Shown piece after piece: positions 10,583-19,186 of a stretch of 64,000 bases of DNA. Both the position numbers and the translations under genes were made by a program. Origin of the DNA: an uncultured Bacilli bacterium (GTDB lineage: Bacteria > Bacillota_I > Bacilli_A > RF39 > UBA660). The stretch lies in contig CALVQE010000001.1 of NCBI GenBank assembly GCA_944355355.1, positions 3,175 to 67,174 of the forward strand. Direction: 5' to 3'. Under the pieces are notes generated by a model. It ran no database searches, was not told the DNA's origin, and saw nothing but the letters and a program-made list of their open reading frames with translations. Numbering within the stretch: position 1 is the first letter of the stretch; the number at the start of each line of letters is the position of its first letter.

Positions 10583-10862
10583 CCTTTCTTTCCTCTAAAA
10601 GTAAACAAAATAAAAAAGAATTATATTATCTCAAAAACACGTGACTGCATTGAAATAATATAATTCGTGTTACAAAATATGGTAAACTAGTCAATACGTA
10701 TTTCTACCATGACATCCATACGAATATTTTAGGTATCATACCAGGGAATAATCCTGTCTCCAATCTAATCGATTATAAGTACAACTTATTACTTCCTCAC
10801 ATAAATAGCCTTAACCATTTATACCCAGTGCATTAGAACAATTTCTAATCGTAGTAGGAGTC

Positions 10863-10970
10863 TGGGCCGCACACCGTTCAAGTTATTCACATTGTCATTG
10901 TTGTTGCCATTACCATCAGAATTGACGTTACGCACGTTTGCATTGCCATTATTGAAGTTACCAGGCGACA
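10863..10970 (-). repeat. DGR template repeat (TR)
   Basis: 108 nt aligning without gaps to 11150-11257. The coding-strand sequence is rich in AAC/AAT codons (SPGNFNNGNANVRNVNSDGNGNNNDNVNNLNGVRP). Confidence 0.9.
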
Positions 10971-11014
10971 CAAAACACAGCACCACTTAATTCGGATTAC
11001 ACCCAAAAAATCGG

Positions 11015-11042
11015 CTTGCAAAATGATGAGTCATTTTGCAAG
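11015..11042 (-). terminator. perfect 12-bp stem, 4-nt loop hairpin after the DGR target gene
   Basis: CTTGCAAAATGA-tgag-TCATTTTGCAAG. On the minus strand it is followed by CCGATTTTTT. Confidence 0.6.
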
Positions 11043-11078
11043 GAAATCTCTCGTAGCAGCTCACAAGGTTGGCTTTAA

Positions 11079-12731
11079 TCAGCCAACCATATATGGATCT
11101 GCAGCCGTCCCTGAACCTACTTTCAGGCTATCAGGTATCAGATTGAGAGTGGGCCGCACACCGAGCAAGCTACTCACACCGCCATAGACGTTGCCACTAC
11201 CACCAGAATAGACGTAACGCACGCCGGCACCGCCATCATTGAAGCCACCAGGCGACATGGTCCAATAAGAATCTCCTGTATATAAATAGTAATCATAATT
11301 TTCTGCACCGAATCCGCCAGCTAAATAGACTTCATCCGTTGTAATAAGACCAATTGGATACGTTAAAACTCCATTACCTATCACTTCATCACTTACTGTA
11401 AACCGATCATTTTGCTCTGCACATTGCAAATTTGGATAAGTAAGTAAATTAGCATAATCTTCTCCCATACTAGCTGCCAGTGGATCACCATACCAGCGAT
11501 ATGCCGTCCGTTCTTTTCCATAGCCTAAATTACTATATTGTTCTCCTGCATAATCCTGAGCCGTATCATGTAGTAAACTACGATCATTACAAAATAAGTT
11601 GTCTACAATATAACTTTCATAGGGCGTCCCTGAAAACACATTCTCATACCAATCATCTAAATACGCTTTAATTGTACTATCATTGGTGTTTGCATGTGTC
11701 TCGGCATAACTACTCGATCCTGGTGTTCCGTACATATATCCGACGTAAGCATTGTCATTGTAGGTTGAATTATATCGACTATCTCCAATACTTCTATAAT
11801 TATCATCTCTGGCCACTTCGCCATTAGCATGAGCACTGGTGCCATCATAGATGAGTCTTATCGAGCCATCTCCATTGATTCTTATAATTCTCCAATACAT
11901 GTCTTGGCCTTGTTCGTTTTTACCAAATTTTACATAGTTATTCGTAACATTTCCTCTAAAATAATAGGAATTCCCATAATTGTCTGGCGCACTACAAACA
12001 TAACTGTTTGTTCCTTCTATGTTACTTACAACAACACTGCCATCTTCTTGAACTGTTGGACATGCTCCTTCATCGCTCATTGCTTCAGCAATAATTTGAC
12101 AATTGGTACTATCTTCTCCATATCTTCCGACACAAATTTCGTAATCACTTGCTGTCTCGGTGATATAACTTGCCACAACAGTGATTTTACTTTGGAAAGT
12201 TTTGTTCATAGAATCAGTATTATCAGCAGTAACATCTTCATCTATCCATAGTCTTAAATCATAGGTTACACTTCCATTTGGATCTAAATAACCTGTCATA
12301 AGACGATAGGATGTTTGGGCCTCGGATAAAGTTGGAGTAACTGTACTATAAGAACTTAATAAATCAGGGGCCGCATTACCAAACATGACACTGATGTAAT
12401 TTGCATTGGTTAAAGTTGAGGTATTTAATACTTCTAAATTCACTTGATAAGAAGCAGAAGAACTACACTGATTGGTTATAGTAAACGTATAAGGCGAGCT
12501 TTTCATACCTTCCTCATCCATAATAGGATACGCTCTATTTAAAGTGATCGCATCACTATTTTCTTGGAAAGTAATATCAAAGCAATCGGTATTTACAATA
12601 TTTGTATTTGACTGTTGAAAATTCAAAAGCCAAGCAGCAAAAGTAACTCCCACTATAAGGCAAACAATCAACAGGATACCACCAATAAGATAAACCATCT
12701 TAATATTATTTTTTCTTGTTAATGCATTCAT
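11079..12731 (-). CDS. DGR target protein, membrane-anchored, C-terminal variable (C-type-lectin-fold-like) region
   Basis: N-terminal TM helix. The VR encodes SPGGFNDGGAGVRYVYSGGSGNVYGGVSSLLGVRPT about 23 aa from the C-terminus. The YWTMSP...GVRP frame is typical of DGR variable domains. Confidence 0.85.
   Translation of the reverse strand: MNALTRKNNIKMVYLIGGILLIVCLIVGVTFAAWLLNFQQSNTNIVNTDCFDITFQENSDAITLNRAYPIMDEEGMKSSPYTFTITNQCSSSASYQVNLEVLNTSTLTNANYISVMFGNAAPDLLSSYSTVTPTLSEAQTSYRLMTGYLDPNGSVTYDLRLWIDEDVTADNTDSMNKTFQSKITVVASYITETASDYEICVGRYGEDSTNCQIIAEAMSDEGACPTVQEDGSVVVSNIEGTNSYVCSAPDNYGNSYYFRGNVTNNYVKFGKNEQGQDMYWRIIRINGDGSIRLIYDGTSAHANGEVARDDNYRSIGDSRYNSTYNDNAYVGYMYGTPGSSSYAETHANTNDSTIKAYLDDWYENVFSGTPYESYIVDNLFCNDRSLLHDTAQDYAGEQYSNLGYGKERTAYRWYGDPLAASMGEDYANLLTYPNLQCAEQNDRFTVSDEVIGNGVLTYPIGLITTDEVYLAGGFGAENYDYYLYTGDSYWTMSPGGFNDGGAGVRYVYSGGSGNVYGGVSSLLGVRPTLNLIPDSLKVGSGTAADPYMVG
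11150..11257 (-). repeat. DGR variable repeat (VR)
   Basis: By hand alignment, 22 of 108 positions differ from TR. Every difference falls at a TR T on the + strand, which is A on the coding strand. The invariant GC-rich end GTGTGCGGCCCA is IMH-like. Confidence 0.9.
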
Positions 12732-12853
12732 TTTTTACACCATCCTACACTTCTATTCTTCTTACGATAATACAAGTATAGCACAGAAAGTGTTTGTTTA
12801 TCAAGAATTAAAAAATAGTTTTATATACTTAAAGTTTAAAAAACAATCAAACA

Positions 12854-12917
12854 AAAACCCCATAAACACAAAGCTTATGAGGGTAAAAGAAATATTTGTA
12901 TTAACGTTTACTAAATT
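12854..12917. repeat. prophage attL (imperfect direct repeat of 44185-44249)
   Basis: Shares perfect blocks AAAACCCCATAAACAC (16 nt) and TTAACGTTTACTAAATT (17 nt, the last codons and stop of rpsI) with the right end. Confidence 0.75.
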
Positions 12918-12953
12918 AGCGTTCCTGATTTTATCGGGAAAAAACAGGTGTAT

Positions 12954-12974
12954 GTGGGTTACTTGTGGGTTACA
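12954..12974 (+). promoter_or_regulatory. putative integrase arm-type sites (left arm)
   Basis: GTGGGTTACTT GTGGGTTAC direct repeats. The same motif is repeated three times at 44112-44142. Confidence 0.5.
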
Positions 12975-13033
12975 CATCAAGTTTTAAGGATAATCTCAAT
13001 AATAAATGAGATCATCCTTTTTTATAATATAAA

Positions 13034-13894
13034 TCATCGTTTTTGCAATGAACTAGCTTTGTAGAAACCGGTTGTACCAGAACTATTTCCAACTTGGTAA
13101 GGATATTCTCTATCCCCGTAAATCTTCAAGATTTCTCTTTCCCAACCGATACCATATGCTGTAACTCCTTTTCCAGAGGCTTGCGAATTACCAGTTCCAG
13201 TAATTTTAACTTTATCGCCAACTTTTAACTCAGTTGAGTTATTATTTGAACTACTAGATGTCGCGTTTGGGATTGTTAATGTTTGACTAGGATAGATTGT
13301 ATAATTACTATCTAATCCGTTTGCATTTTTAATTAAATCCCATTCTGTTTTCGTTGATTGACTATAATATTTTCTACAAATCGCTGCAACAGTATCCCCT
13401 GATTGAACTGTATAAGTAGTTTTTTCGGATGTTGATGGTGTTGACGGTTCACTATTTGTACTTGGTAAATTTGCATCAATATAACTTGTCGGGTCAATTC
13501 TTGTATCATTTTGATTACGAACCTCAAAATGCAAATGAGCACCTGTGGAATGCCCTGTGGCTCCCATATAGCCAATTACTTGACCTTGCGAAACTCTATC
13601 TCCAACATTTACTGTAACACTACCATATTTCATGTGAGCATATAATGTGTAATAACCATTATCATGTTTAATTTTTACATAGTTTCCGTAACTGTTTCCA
13701 GTTTTATCTTGCGTCGCATAGTCTTTTCTTACTCCAACTACGGTGCCATCGCTATGTGCTACGATATAATCTAATGAATATCCTGTTCCAACCAAGTCTA
13801 TACCATTATGATAACCAGCACGATATTTTTGCGTTACAACATTACCTTTACTTTTAAATACTCTACTCATCTTATACCTCCTCATATTCTTCAA
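13034..13894 (-). CDS. endolysin: M23 peptidase plus LysM plus SH3-like C-terminus
   Basis: HxxxD/HLHFEV M23 motifs (GYHNGIDL, GAHLHFEV) and LysM (YTVQSGDTVAAICRKYY). It is the last gene of the prophage next to the holin. Confidence 0.8.
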   Translation of the reverse strand: MKNMRRYKMSRVFKSKGNVVTQKYRAGYHNGIDLVGTGYSLDYIVAHSDGTVVGVRKDYATQDKTGNSYGNYVKIKHDNGYYTLYAHMKYGSVTVNVGDRVSQGQVIGYMGATGHSTGAHLHFEVRNQNDTRIDPTSYIDANLPSTNSEPSTPSTSEKTTYTVQSGDTVAAICRKYYSQSTKTEWDLIKNANGLDSNYTIYPSQTLTIPNATSSSSNNNSTELKVGDKVKITGTGNSQASGKGVTAYGIGWEREILKIYGDREYPYQVGNSSGTTGFYKASSLQKR

Positions 13895-13990
13895 TTTCTT
13901 CTGGCTCTATTTCTTTCATAACCGCAACTGTCTCTTCTTCTGTAGTTTCTACTTCTTCAACTAATGTTTCATTTTTTGCTTCTTCCATTT

Positions 13991-14278
13991 CTATTCCTCC
14001 TCTACTTTGATGCATCTGTTCTCAAACTTCTTATAAGCATCTAAATAAATCTCTTTCTTGTCTCCATTATAAGTTAATTCATAATACATTCCATCTAGCA
14101 ACGTTGTACTCAATAAAGCTTTGTTGTTTTGTAATGTCTTACAACTCCAAACAACAAAAACTTCAAAATCTTGAACTTCATCAGTTTTATCTAAATGTTC
14201 AATTGCGTAATCTTTCACAATATTTTTACATAAATCTATAAATTTACTATCAGACATCTTTATTTTCCTCCTTTTCAC
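13991..14278 (-). CDS. hypothetical phage protein
   Basis: 95-aa ORF in the lysis-proximal operon, overlapping its neighbour. Confidence 0.45.
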   Translation of the reverse strand: MKRRKIKMSDSKFIDLCKNIVKDYAIEHLDKTDEVQDFEVFVVWSCKTLQNNKALLSTTLLDGMYYELTYNGDKKEIYLDAYKKFENRCIKVEEE

Positions 14279-14522
14279 GACTTATTGATTTTATTGCCCA
14301 GAACTGAGCTTCTTCTAATTTGGTAATTGCAAGTGAAGTTTCTCTACTATTTTTACATACCTGTTCAACGAAATCGTATACTCCCGAGAACAACTCGCGA
14401 ATTTCGTCTATTCTATGTTGTTGTTCTACTGAAACTTCGTTCATTTTTGCTTTCTCATTCATTTCTACATATGCCTTTCTACTTATTTTTAGCTTGAATA
14501 GCATCGTATCCGCCACCAACAC
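14250..14522 (-). CDS. hypothetical phage protein
   Basis: 90-aa helical ORF between the holin and the endolysin. Confidence 0.45.
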   Translation of the reverse strand: MLVADTMLFKLKISRKAYVEMNEKAKMNEVSVEQQHRIDEIRELFSGVYDFVEQVCKNSRETSLAITKLEEAQFWAIKSISREKEENKDV

Positions 14523-14733
14523 CTAGGCTAATAGCTAGACACGTTACAATTGCTACTGGAATACTAGCAAATAAATCAAAATATATAGCAACACAAGCCG
14601 ATATCAAACCAATCACTATATTTTGAATAGGTATCCACTTAGAGGGAACTACACTATCTTTTAAAACTGTTCCAAGTATTGCTGTAACAATTGCTTGTAC
14701 TAATGCGAAGATTAGTTCAATTGTAATATCCAT
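14479..14733 (-). CDS. phage holin
   Basis: 84 aa with 2-3 TM helices and a charged C-terminus, upstream of the endolysin. Confidence 0.7.
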   Translation of the reverse strand: MDITIELIFALVQAIVTAILGTVLKDSVVPSKWIPIQNIVIGLISACVAIYFDLFASIPVAIVTCLAISLGVGGGYDAIQAKNK

Positions 14734-14751
14734 AATCTCACCACCTTTCCC

Positions 14752-15399
14752 TTATTTTTTATCAATTAAAAACTCAAACTTCTCTTCAATAAGAAACTTG
14801 AGCTTTAAAATTGCCATTACATCATCTTGAGTCTTTACGTTATATGAATTTTTCACAAATTGCACTGCCAAAAATCCAATCACTTCACCTTGTTTATTTT
14901 TAATTGCAATATCATAAAACGAGTTTAATTGCATGTCTTTTTTTAATTGATATGTTGCCGGCATTTCTTCTTTTATATCTTCCAATTTTTTTACTTCAAA
15001 TTTTTCGTCATTTAAAATTTTGTTTACGAACTTTGAAATACAAGAAATCGGTATAGATTGAAGCATGGATTGTTTTGGTGCTATTCCAGAACGACAAACC
15101 TCATAAGAACAAGATACTTTTAAAGCACTTCTTCCATTACTGTAATGTCCACCATTGTGGAAGTCATAAATTTGGACTCTGTCAGCATTTAATCGTTCTT
15201 TTAATGACTCCATAGCATCCGTGATTTCTGCATCAACAGATACTTGTTTTTTCAGCTTTTTTGGTATGCTTTCGACTTCTTTTTTTGTGTTTTTATATAC
15301 TTTTATTATCGCTAATAAAATAGCTCCTATGCCTAAAATAATTAGCGAAAAATCGTTTAACCAATTTATTAATGTTTCCGTGATATTCACTCCTTTCAT
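14752..15399 (-). CDS. membrane-anchored phage protein with cytoplasmic sensor-like domain
   Basis: One N-terminal TM helix plus an alpha/beta domain of about 150 aa. The start abuts the stop of the upstream paralog (TAAATG). Confidence 0.5.
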   Translation of the reverse strand: MKGVNITETLINWLNDFSLIILGIGAILLAIIKVYKNTKKEVESIPKKLKKQVSVDAEITDAMESLKERLNADRVQIYDFHNGGHYSNGRSALKVSCSYEVCRSGIAPKQSMLQSIPISCISKFVNKILNDEKFEVKKLEDIKEEMPATYQLKKDMQLNSFYDIAIKNKQGEVIGFLAVQFVKNSYNVKTQDDVMAILKLKFLIEEKFEFLIDKK

Positions 15400-15867
15400 T
15401 TATATTATTTTTCTAAATTTAATAGTAAATGTTCCTGATCCTGACCATGCAATCGTATCACTCACTTGAAGTCGTATGGAATTTGGAGACTCCGTAGAAC
15501 GAGAACGTGCAATCCTAAACCGAATATCGTGAGAATTTCTTGCATGACCTGCCTTAGATAGCGGTATTTCATTCGTGCCTGAGTCATTAGTACCACTATG
15601 ATACCATGCAACAATTCCGCTTAGTCTTTCTTGATATTGATTATTCACACCGGAGCTGTTTGTATAAGCCTCCATAATATAAGTTCCAGTTTCTAAATCA
15701 TCTCCGCTTATCCCTACGTCATACCATGTATTGATTGTAGATACATTTACTTGTTTAACAAATTCTTTTATTTCACCCACTAAAAAATTTTCTAACATTT
15801 TTCTATTATGTACTATTCCAGCACTATCCAAATAGTTATTATCGTTAAATTTTATACTTTTTGACAT
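15400..15867 (-). CDS. tail-tip / putative receptor-binding paralog P5
   Basis: Shares the N-terminal MSKSIKFNDNNYLDSAGIVH module with four upstream ORFs but has a unique C-terminal domain. It starts 13 nt after the P4 stop without an SD. Confidence 0.6.
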   Translation of the reverse strand: MSKSIKFNDNNYLDSAGIVHNRKMLENFLVGEIKEFVKQVNVSTINTWYDVGISGDDLETGTYIMEAYTNSSGVNNQYQERLSGIVAWYHSGTNDSGTNEIPLSKAGHARNSHDIRFRIARSRSTESPNSIRLQVSDTIAWSGSGTFTIKFRKII

Positions 15868-15880
15868 TTTGTGTTCTGCT

Positions 15881-16246
15881 TTATGATGGTGTTAAAGATG
15901 TCCATGAACTCCATGTTCCTGAGATTTTTCTACGAACATATATTCTGAGTGGTGTCCTCCAAACATGAATTGCTATTTGAACAACATAATCAGAGTTATA
16001 AAACAATTGAATAATATGATAGTGATGGCTATCGCCAACCTCTGGAAAATTAAGTTTAACTTTTTCTGCTTCAATTAAGGCATTTCCATATTGTATTAAC
16101 TCATTCGCATCAATCTCGCTAATTCTTAATTTTCTGCATATTCCATTATTATGACTAATAATCATTTCATATAAGGTACTATGTTCATAAACTACTCCAG
16201 ATGAGTCAATATAATTACCATCTTTAAACTTTATACTCTTTGTCAT
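15881..16246 (-). CDS. tail-tip / putative receptor-binding paralog P4
   Basis: MTKSIKFKDGNYIDSSGVVY start chosen by paralog alignment; the ORF track start is 16276. It starts 10 nt after the P3 stop with no SD. C-terminal RRKISGTWSSW resembles fibre-knob ends. Confidence 0.6.
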   Translation of the reverse strand: MTKSIKFKDGNYIDSSGVVYEHSTLYEMIISHNNGICRKLRISEIDANELIQYGNALIEAEKVKLNFPEVGDSHHYHIIQLFYNSDYVVQIAIHVWRTPLRIYVRRKISGTWSSWTSLTPS

Positions 16247-16256
16247 TTCAATTTTG

Positions 16257-16691
16257 CTAGATTTCACATACATCAAGTTGTGGCGGTGGATAATCGTTGT
16301 AATACATGGTATTATTGTTATTTTTTGTCAGTCTTAAAATAACATCATGACTGCCAACTGACACTTCAAACATTCTCGTTAGCGAAACAAAAACATTTCT
16401 GTTTACTCCGACTCTTGAAACCAAATTGTTATCAATAAGAACATCTAGCCAAGCATTGTTAGCATCAACTCCACAATTTATATAATAACTAACTAATATT
16501 CTTCCGGTTCTACTATTTATTGTAGAACTAAGCACATTTGTCGTAGCTGTTAAATCTTTTCCACTTTGTCCATTTTGTTTGCCCTCATGTGATGAATTTT
16601 TACCTATAATACTTTTCAAGGTGTTTTGACCATGGACTATACTTGATGTATCTAAAAATATGTTATCCTGAAATTTAATTGACTTAGCCAA
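16257..16691 (-). CDS. tail-tip / putative receptor-binding paralog P3 (TTG start)
   Basis: MAKSIKFQDNIFLDTSSIVH module. TTG start preceded by AGGGGTGATTTAA. Confidence 0.6.
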   Translation of the reverse strand: MAKSIKFQDNIFLDTSSIVHGQNTLKSIIGKNSSHEGKQNGQSGKDLTATTNVLSSTINSRTGRILVSYYINCGVDANNAWLDVLIDNNLVSRVGVNRNVFVSLTRMFEVSVGSHDVILRLTKNNNNTMYYNDYPPPQLDVCEI

Positions 16692-16702
16692 TTAAATCAC
16701 CC

Positions 16703-16915
<213 letters not shown>

Positions 16916-16940
16916 AAATTTTGCTTTTTGTATTTAGCTT

Positions 16941-17324
16941 TTATGATAAATTTACATGAACCCAATTAAGCCATTTTTTATTGCTTTGTCTTCTCATGCT
17001 TAACCAATTGTCAGTATTATTCAACGCAAACGCAACTTGAATACAATAGCTTGATCCAAGTGAAATTTGAATAACTCCCCAGTGAACCGTATTTAATGTC
17101 GTTCCGTTGGGATTATTAGGACAATTGCCAAACATCAAAAACAAACCAGATCCATATGACGCAATATCATTAAAATTCGTATTATTTAGTTGATATTTAA
17201 CAGACAAACCACCATTTGATCCACCATCTCGCGACTCTATCATATCACTTAACAATTGTTTTTGATGAACAATTCCTTGAGTATCCATGTAATTACCATT
17301 TTTAAATTTTATACTTTTACTCAT
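16941..17324 (-). CDS. tail-tip / putative receptor-binding paralog P2
   Basis: MSKSIKFKNGNYMDTQGIVH module. It starts 8 nt after the P1 stop without an SD. C-terminal RRQSNKKWLNW motif. Confidence 0.6.
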   Translation of the reverse strand: MSKSIKFKNGNYMDTQGIVHQKQLLSDMIESRDGGSNGGLSVKYQLNNTNFNDIASYGSGLFLMFGNCPNNPNGTTLNTVHWGVIQISLGSSYCIQVAFALNNTDNWLSMRRQSNKKWLNWVHVNLS

Positions 17325-17332
17325 ATTTTTTA

Positions 17333-17635
17333 CTAGGTTTTAGATATGACATTCCAATCTCTTTCGTTAAATCTGTACAATAATGTATTATTTGATCCTA
17401 CAAACAAAATTTGTAATCTATACGTTTCTGTTTTAAAAACAATTAAAATTCCAAAATCGTAATATGCAATTGTATCTGGTTGATATTTTCCAGTATATCC
17501 ATGATACTCATATATTCCTGTTTTGTTGCAGTCATCAAAATCCATATTTTCACCATTTATCCACGTTCGATAAAGAAAATTTGTAGAACTCATATCCCAA
17601 ACATAACCGTTTGATAATTTAATTGATTTACTCAA
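17333..17635 (-). CDS. tail-tip paralog P1 (TTG start)
   Basis: MSKSIKLSNGYVWD module. TTG start preceded by AGAGGTGATTTAA. Confidence 0.55.
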   Translation of the reverse strand: MSKSIKLSNGYVWDMSSTNFLYRTWINGENMDFDDCNKTGIYEYHGYTGKYQPDTIAYYDFGILIVFKTETYRLQILFVGSNNTLLYRFNERDWNVISKT

Positions 17636-17738
17636 TTAAATCACCTCTAGTAATTAGCCTCCTCTCTAATGAGATTTGGCTTATGAGAGTTGCTAAATAA
17701 TCGAAGCAACCCCCCCCAAGATTGAATTTTGTTTTCAT
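17628..17738 (-). CDS. leader ORF 1 containing a G8 tract
   Basis: Hand-translated 36 codons, MKTKFNLGGGCFDYLATLISQISLERRLITRGDLIE. The SD AAAGGA lies 7 nt upstream of the ATG. The TAA stop overlaps the P1 TTG (ATTGAGTAA). It is below the ORF-track size cut-off. Confidence 0.4.
   Translation of the reverse strand: MKTKFNLGGGCFDYLATLISQISLERRLITRGDLIE
17710..17717. repeat. homopolymer C8 (+) / G8 (-)
   Basis: Read directly; it lies in codons 8-10 of leader ORF 1. Confidence 0.95.
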
Positions 17739-17755
17739 ATTTTTTCCTTTCTTTT

Positions 17756-19177
17756 TTACCATTCATCAACTATTTCGTATTCCAAAAATTCACTGCCATT
17801 AACAGCAAAACTGCTTTCCGATGTTGGGAAACAGTTTACTCCGACAGATTTTAAATTTATATCTATAAACATAATAGGAATACCTTTAGCTAATACAAAG
17901 TTATATGTTTTTGTACCAAATTTATCCTTGATTACAACTTGAAAGTCCCAAGCATACAATTTATCTAATAATAACGTAGTTTCAGTATTATTAGATAAAT
18001 TAGCATAACTGCTATAAGATGTATCAGTAGTCTTTTTATATCTGTATTGAATTGATTGAATACTATTTTTTCCATTCACACTAGATATTGATACTTGTAC
18101 TTTCAACTTTGTTTCGTCTTCATAATTGTTAACTCGACCGTATGTAAGCACAGCACTAGGCAATACCCAATCTAGGATTGTAATCGTTTTAGAAACTGTA
18201 GTTGTATTACCACGACTATCTGTCACTTTTATGCTAATTGAAGTGTTTTGACTTAAATTTACTGTTCCATAATCAATTGTTCCAGCACTTGTTAGAGTTT
18301 TTGTTGAACCATTAAAAGTAACTTCATATTTTGAAATTGTTGCTGAATTTTTACCTGTCGCACTAGTAAATGTCACCCTTAAATTAGATAGATTGCGAAC
18401 AATATGTTGATTATTTCCTGTGATGTTTGTAATAGTCGTATTACTGTCTAAATATGTTATTTGAGAACTACTAAAAGTAGGGTTAGAATTAACGACACTA
18501 ACTGTAAAAGTACATGTTGAACTTCCTATTAGAGTATTGCCTGAATAAGTTTCACATGTGATTGTGCAAGTACCGCTTTTAGCATTTGGGATTTTTGCAT
18601 AAAAAGAAGTTGGAACAGTCCAACTCACTGAAGTACTGCTTGTCTTAGACACGATTGTTCCACTTAGACCAGAAAAAGAATATTTTAAAGTGTGTGTAAA
18701 TGATGAGCTGGCTCTGCTAATAGAAATTGTTGTTTTACTTCCAATGTTTGCATTTGTTGCAGATACACTTGACTTTCTAGGAATGAAAGTCAATATCATA
18801 TTCGTGCTAGAACTTGCATTACCACAAGTATAATTAGCACCACTCGAGTCACTAACATTAAAACTAATATTAATAGTTTTATTTCCATCGTCATTATGCG
18901 TAACATTCAGCGATGAACTAGCTAATGTAACTGTACTTGACCCATCATACTGAGATATATATCCAGAAAACACTTGACCATTAATATTAATACTATATGA
19001 TATTCTCGTTCCATAAGAATACCAATCCCACCCATTTTGAAGTGGCGATAATTTAAAACTAAAAGATAATGACGAAGTATTTCCTGATGTAGATGTGGAA
19101 TTTTCATCTACTGTTAAAGTAAATTTATGATGTCCCTTTGAACCATTTGCCGTAAGTGTTTTTGTTTGTAAAGCCAT
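17756..19177 (-). CDS. Ser/Thr-rich siphovirus tail/baseplate protein (DUF859-like)
   Basis: 473 aa, beta-rich and S/T/N-rich. The N-terminus LTANGSKGHHKFTLTVDENSTS resembles DUF859. It follows the Tal gene. Confidence 0.55.
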   Translation of the reverse strand: MALQTKTLTANGSKGHHKFTLTVDENSTSTSGNTSSLSFSFKLSPLQNGWDWYSYGTRISYSININGQVFSGYISQYDGSSTVTLASSSLNVTHNDDGNKTINISFNVSDSSGANYTCGNASSSTNMILTFIPRKSSVSATNANIGSKTTISISRASSSFTHTLKYSFSGLSGTIVSKTSSTSVSWTVPTSFYAKIPNAKSGTCTITCETYSGNTLIGSSTCTFTVSVVNSNPTFSSSQITYLDSNTTITNITGNNQHIVRNLSNLRVTFTSATGKNSATISKYEVTFNGSTKTLTSAGTIDYGTVNLSQNTSISIKVTDSRGNTTTVSKTITILDWVLPSAVLTYGRVNNYEDETKLKVQVSISSVNGKNSIQSIQYRYKKTTDTSYSSYANLSNNTETTLLLDKLYAWDFQVVIKDKFGTKTYNFVLAKGIPIMFIDINLKSVGVNCFPTSESSFAVNGSEFLEYEIVDEW

Positions 19178-19186
19178 AACACCCTC

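Larger units (their letters stand above)
9133..12731 (-). mobile_element. diversity-generating retroelement cassette (target-VR, TR, avd, RT)
   Basis: All four canonical parts are present in one orientation. TR and VR differ only at TR adenines. Confidence 0.9.

Noticed and set aside
11480-12251. ORFs 11480-11671 (+), 11657-11848 (-) and 11829-12251 (+) within the DGR target gene
   Set aside because: They overlap the 550-aa target ORF, whose frame is validated by the VR/TR codon pattern. They have no RBS or motif support.
12790-12987. 65-aa ORF on the + strand across the prophage left junction
   Set aside because: It spans the att repeat and the arm-type repeats and has an improbable composition. 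The region is better explained as attL.
12987-13033. Hairpin AAGGATAATCTCA…TGAGATCATCCTT plus T run as the endolysin terminator
   Set aside because: The T run follows the hairpin on the + strand, not on the endolysin (minus) strand. It may stop read-in transcription from the left, but I could not assign it confidently.
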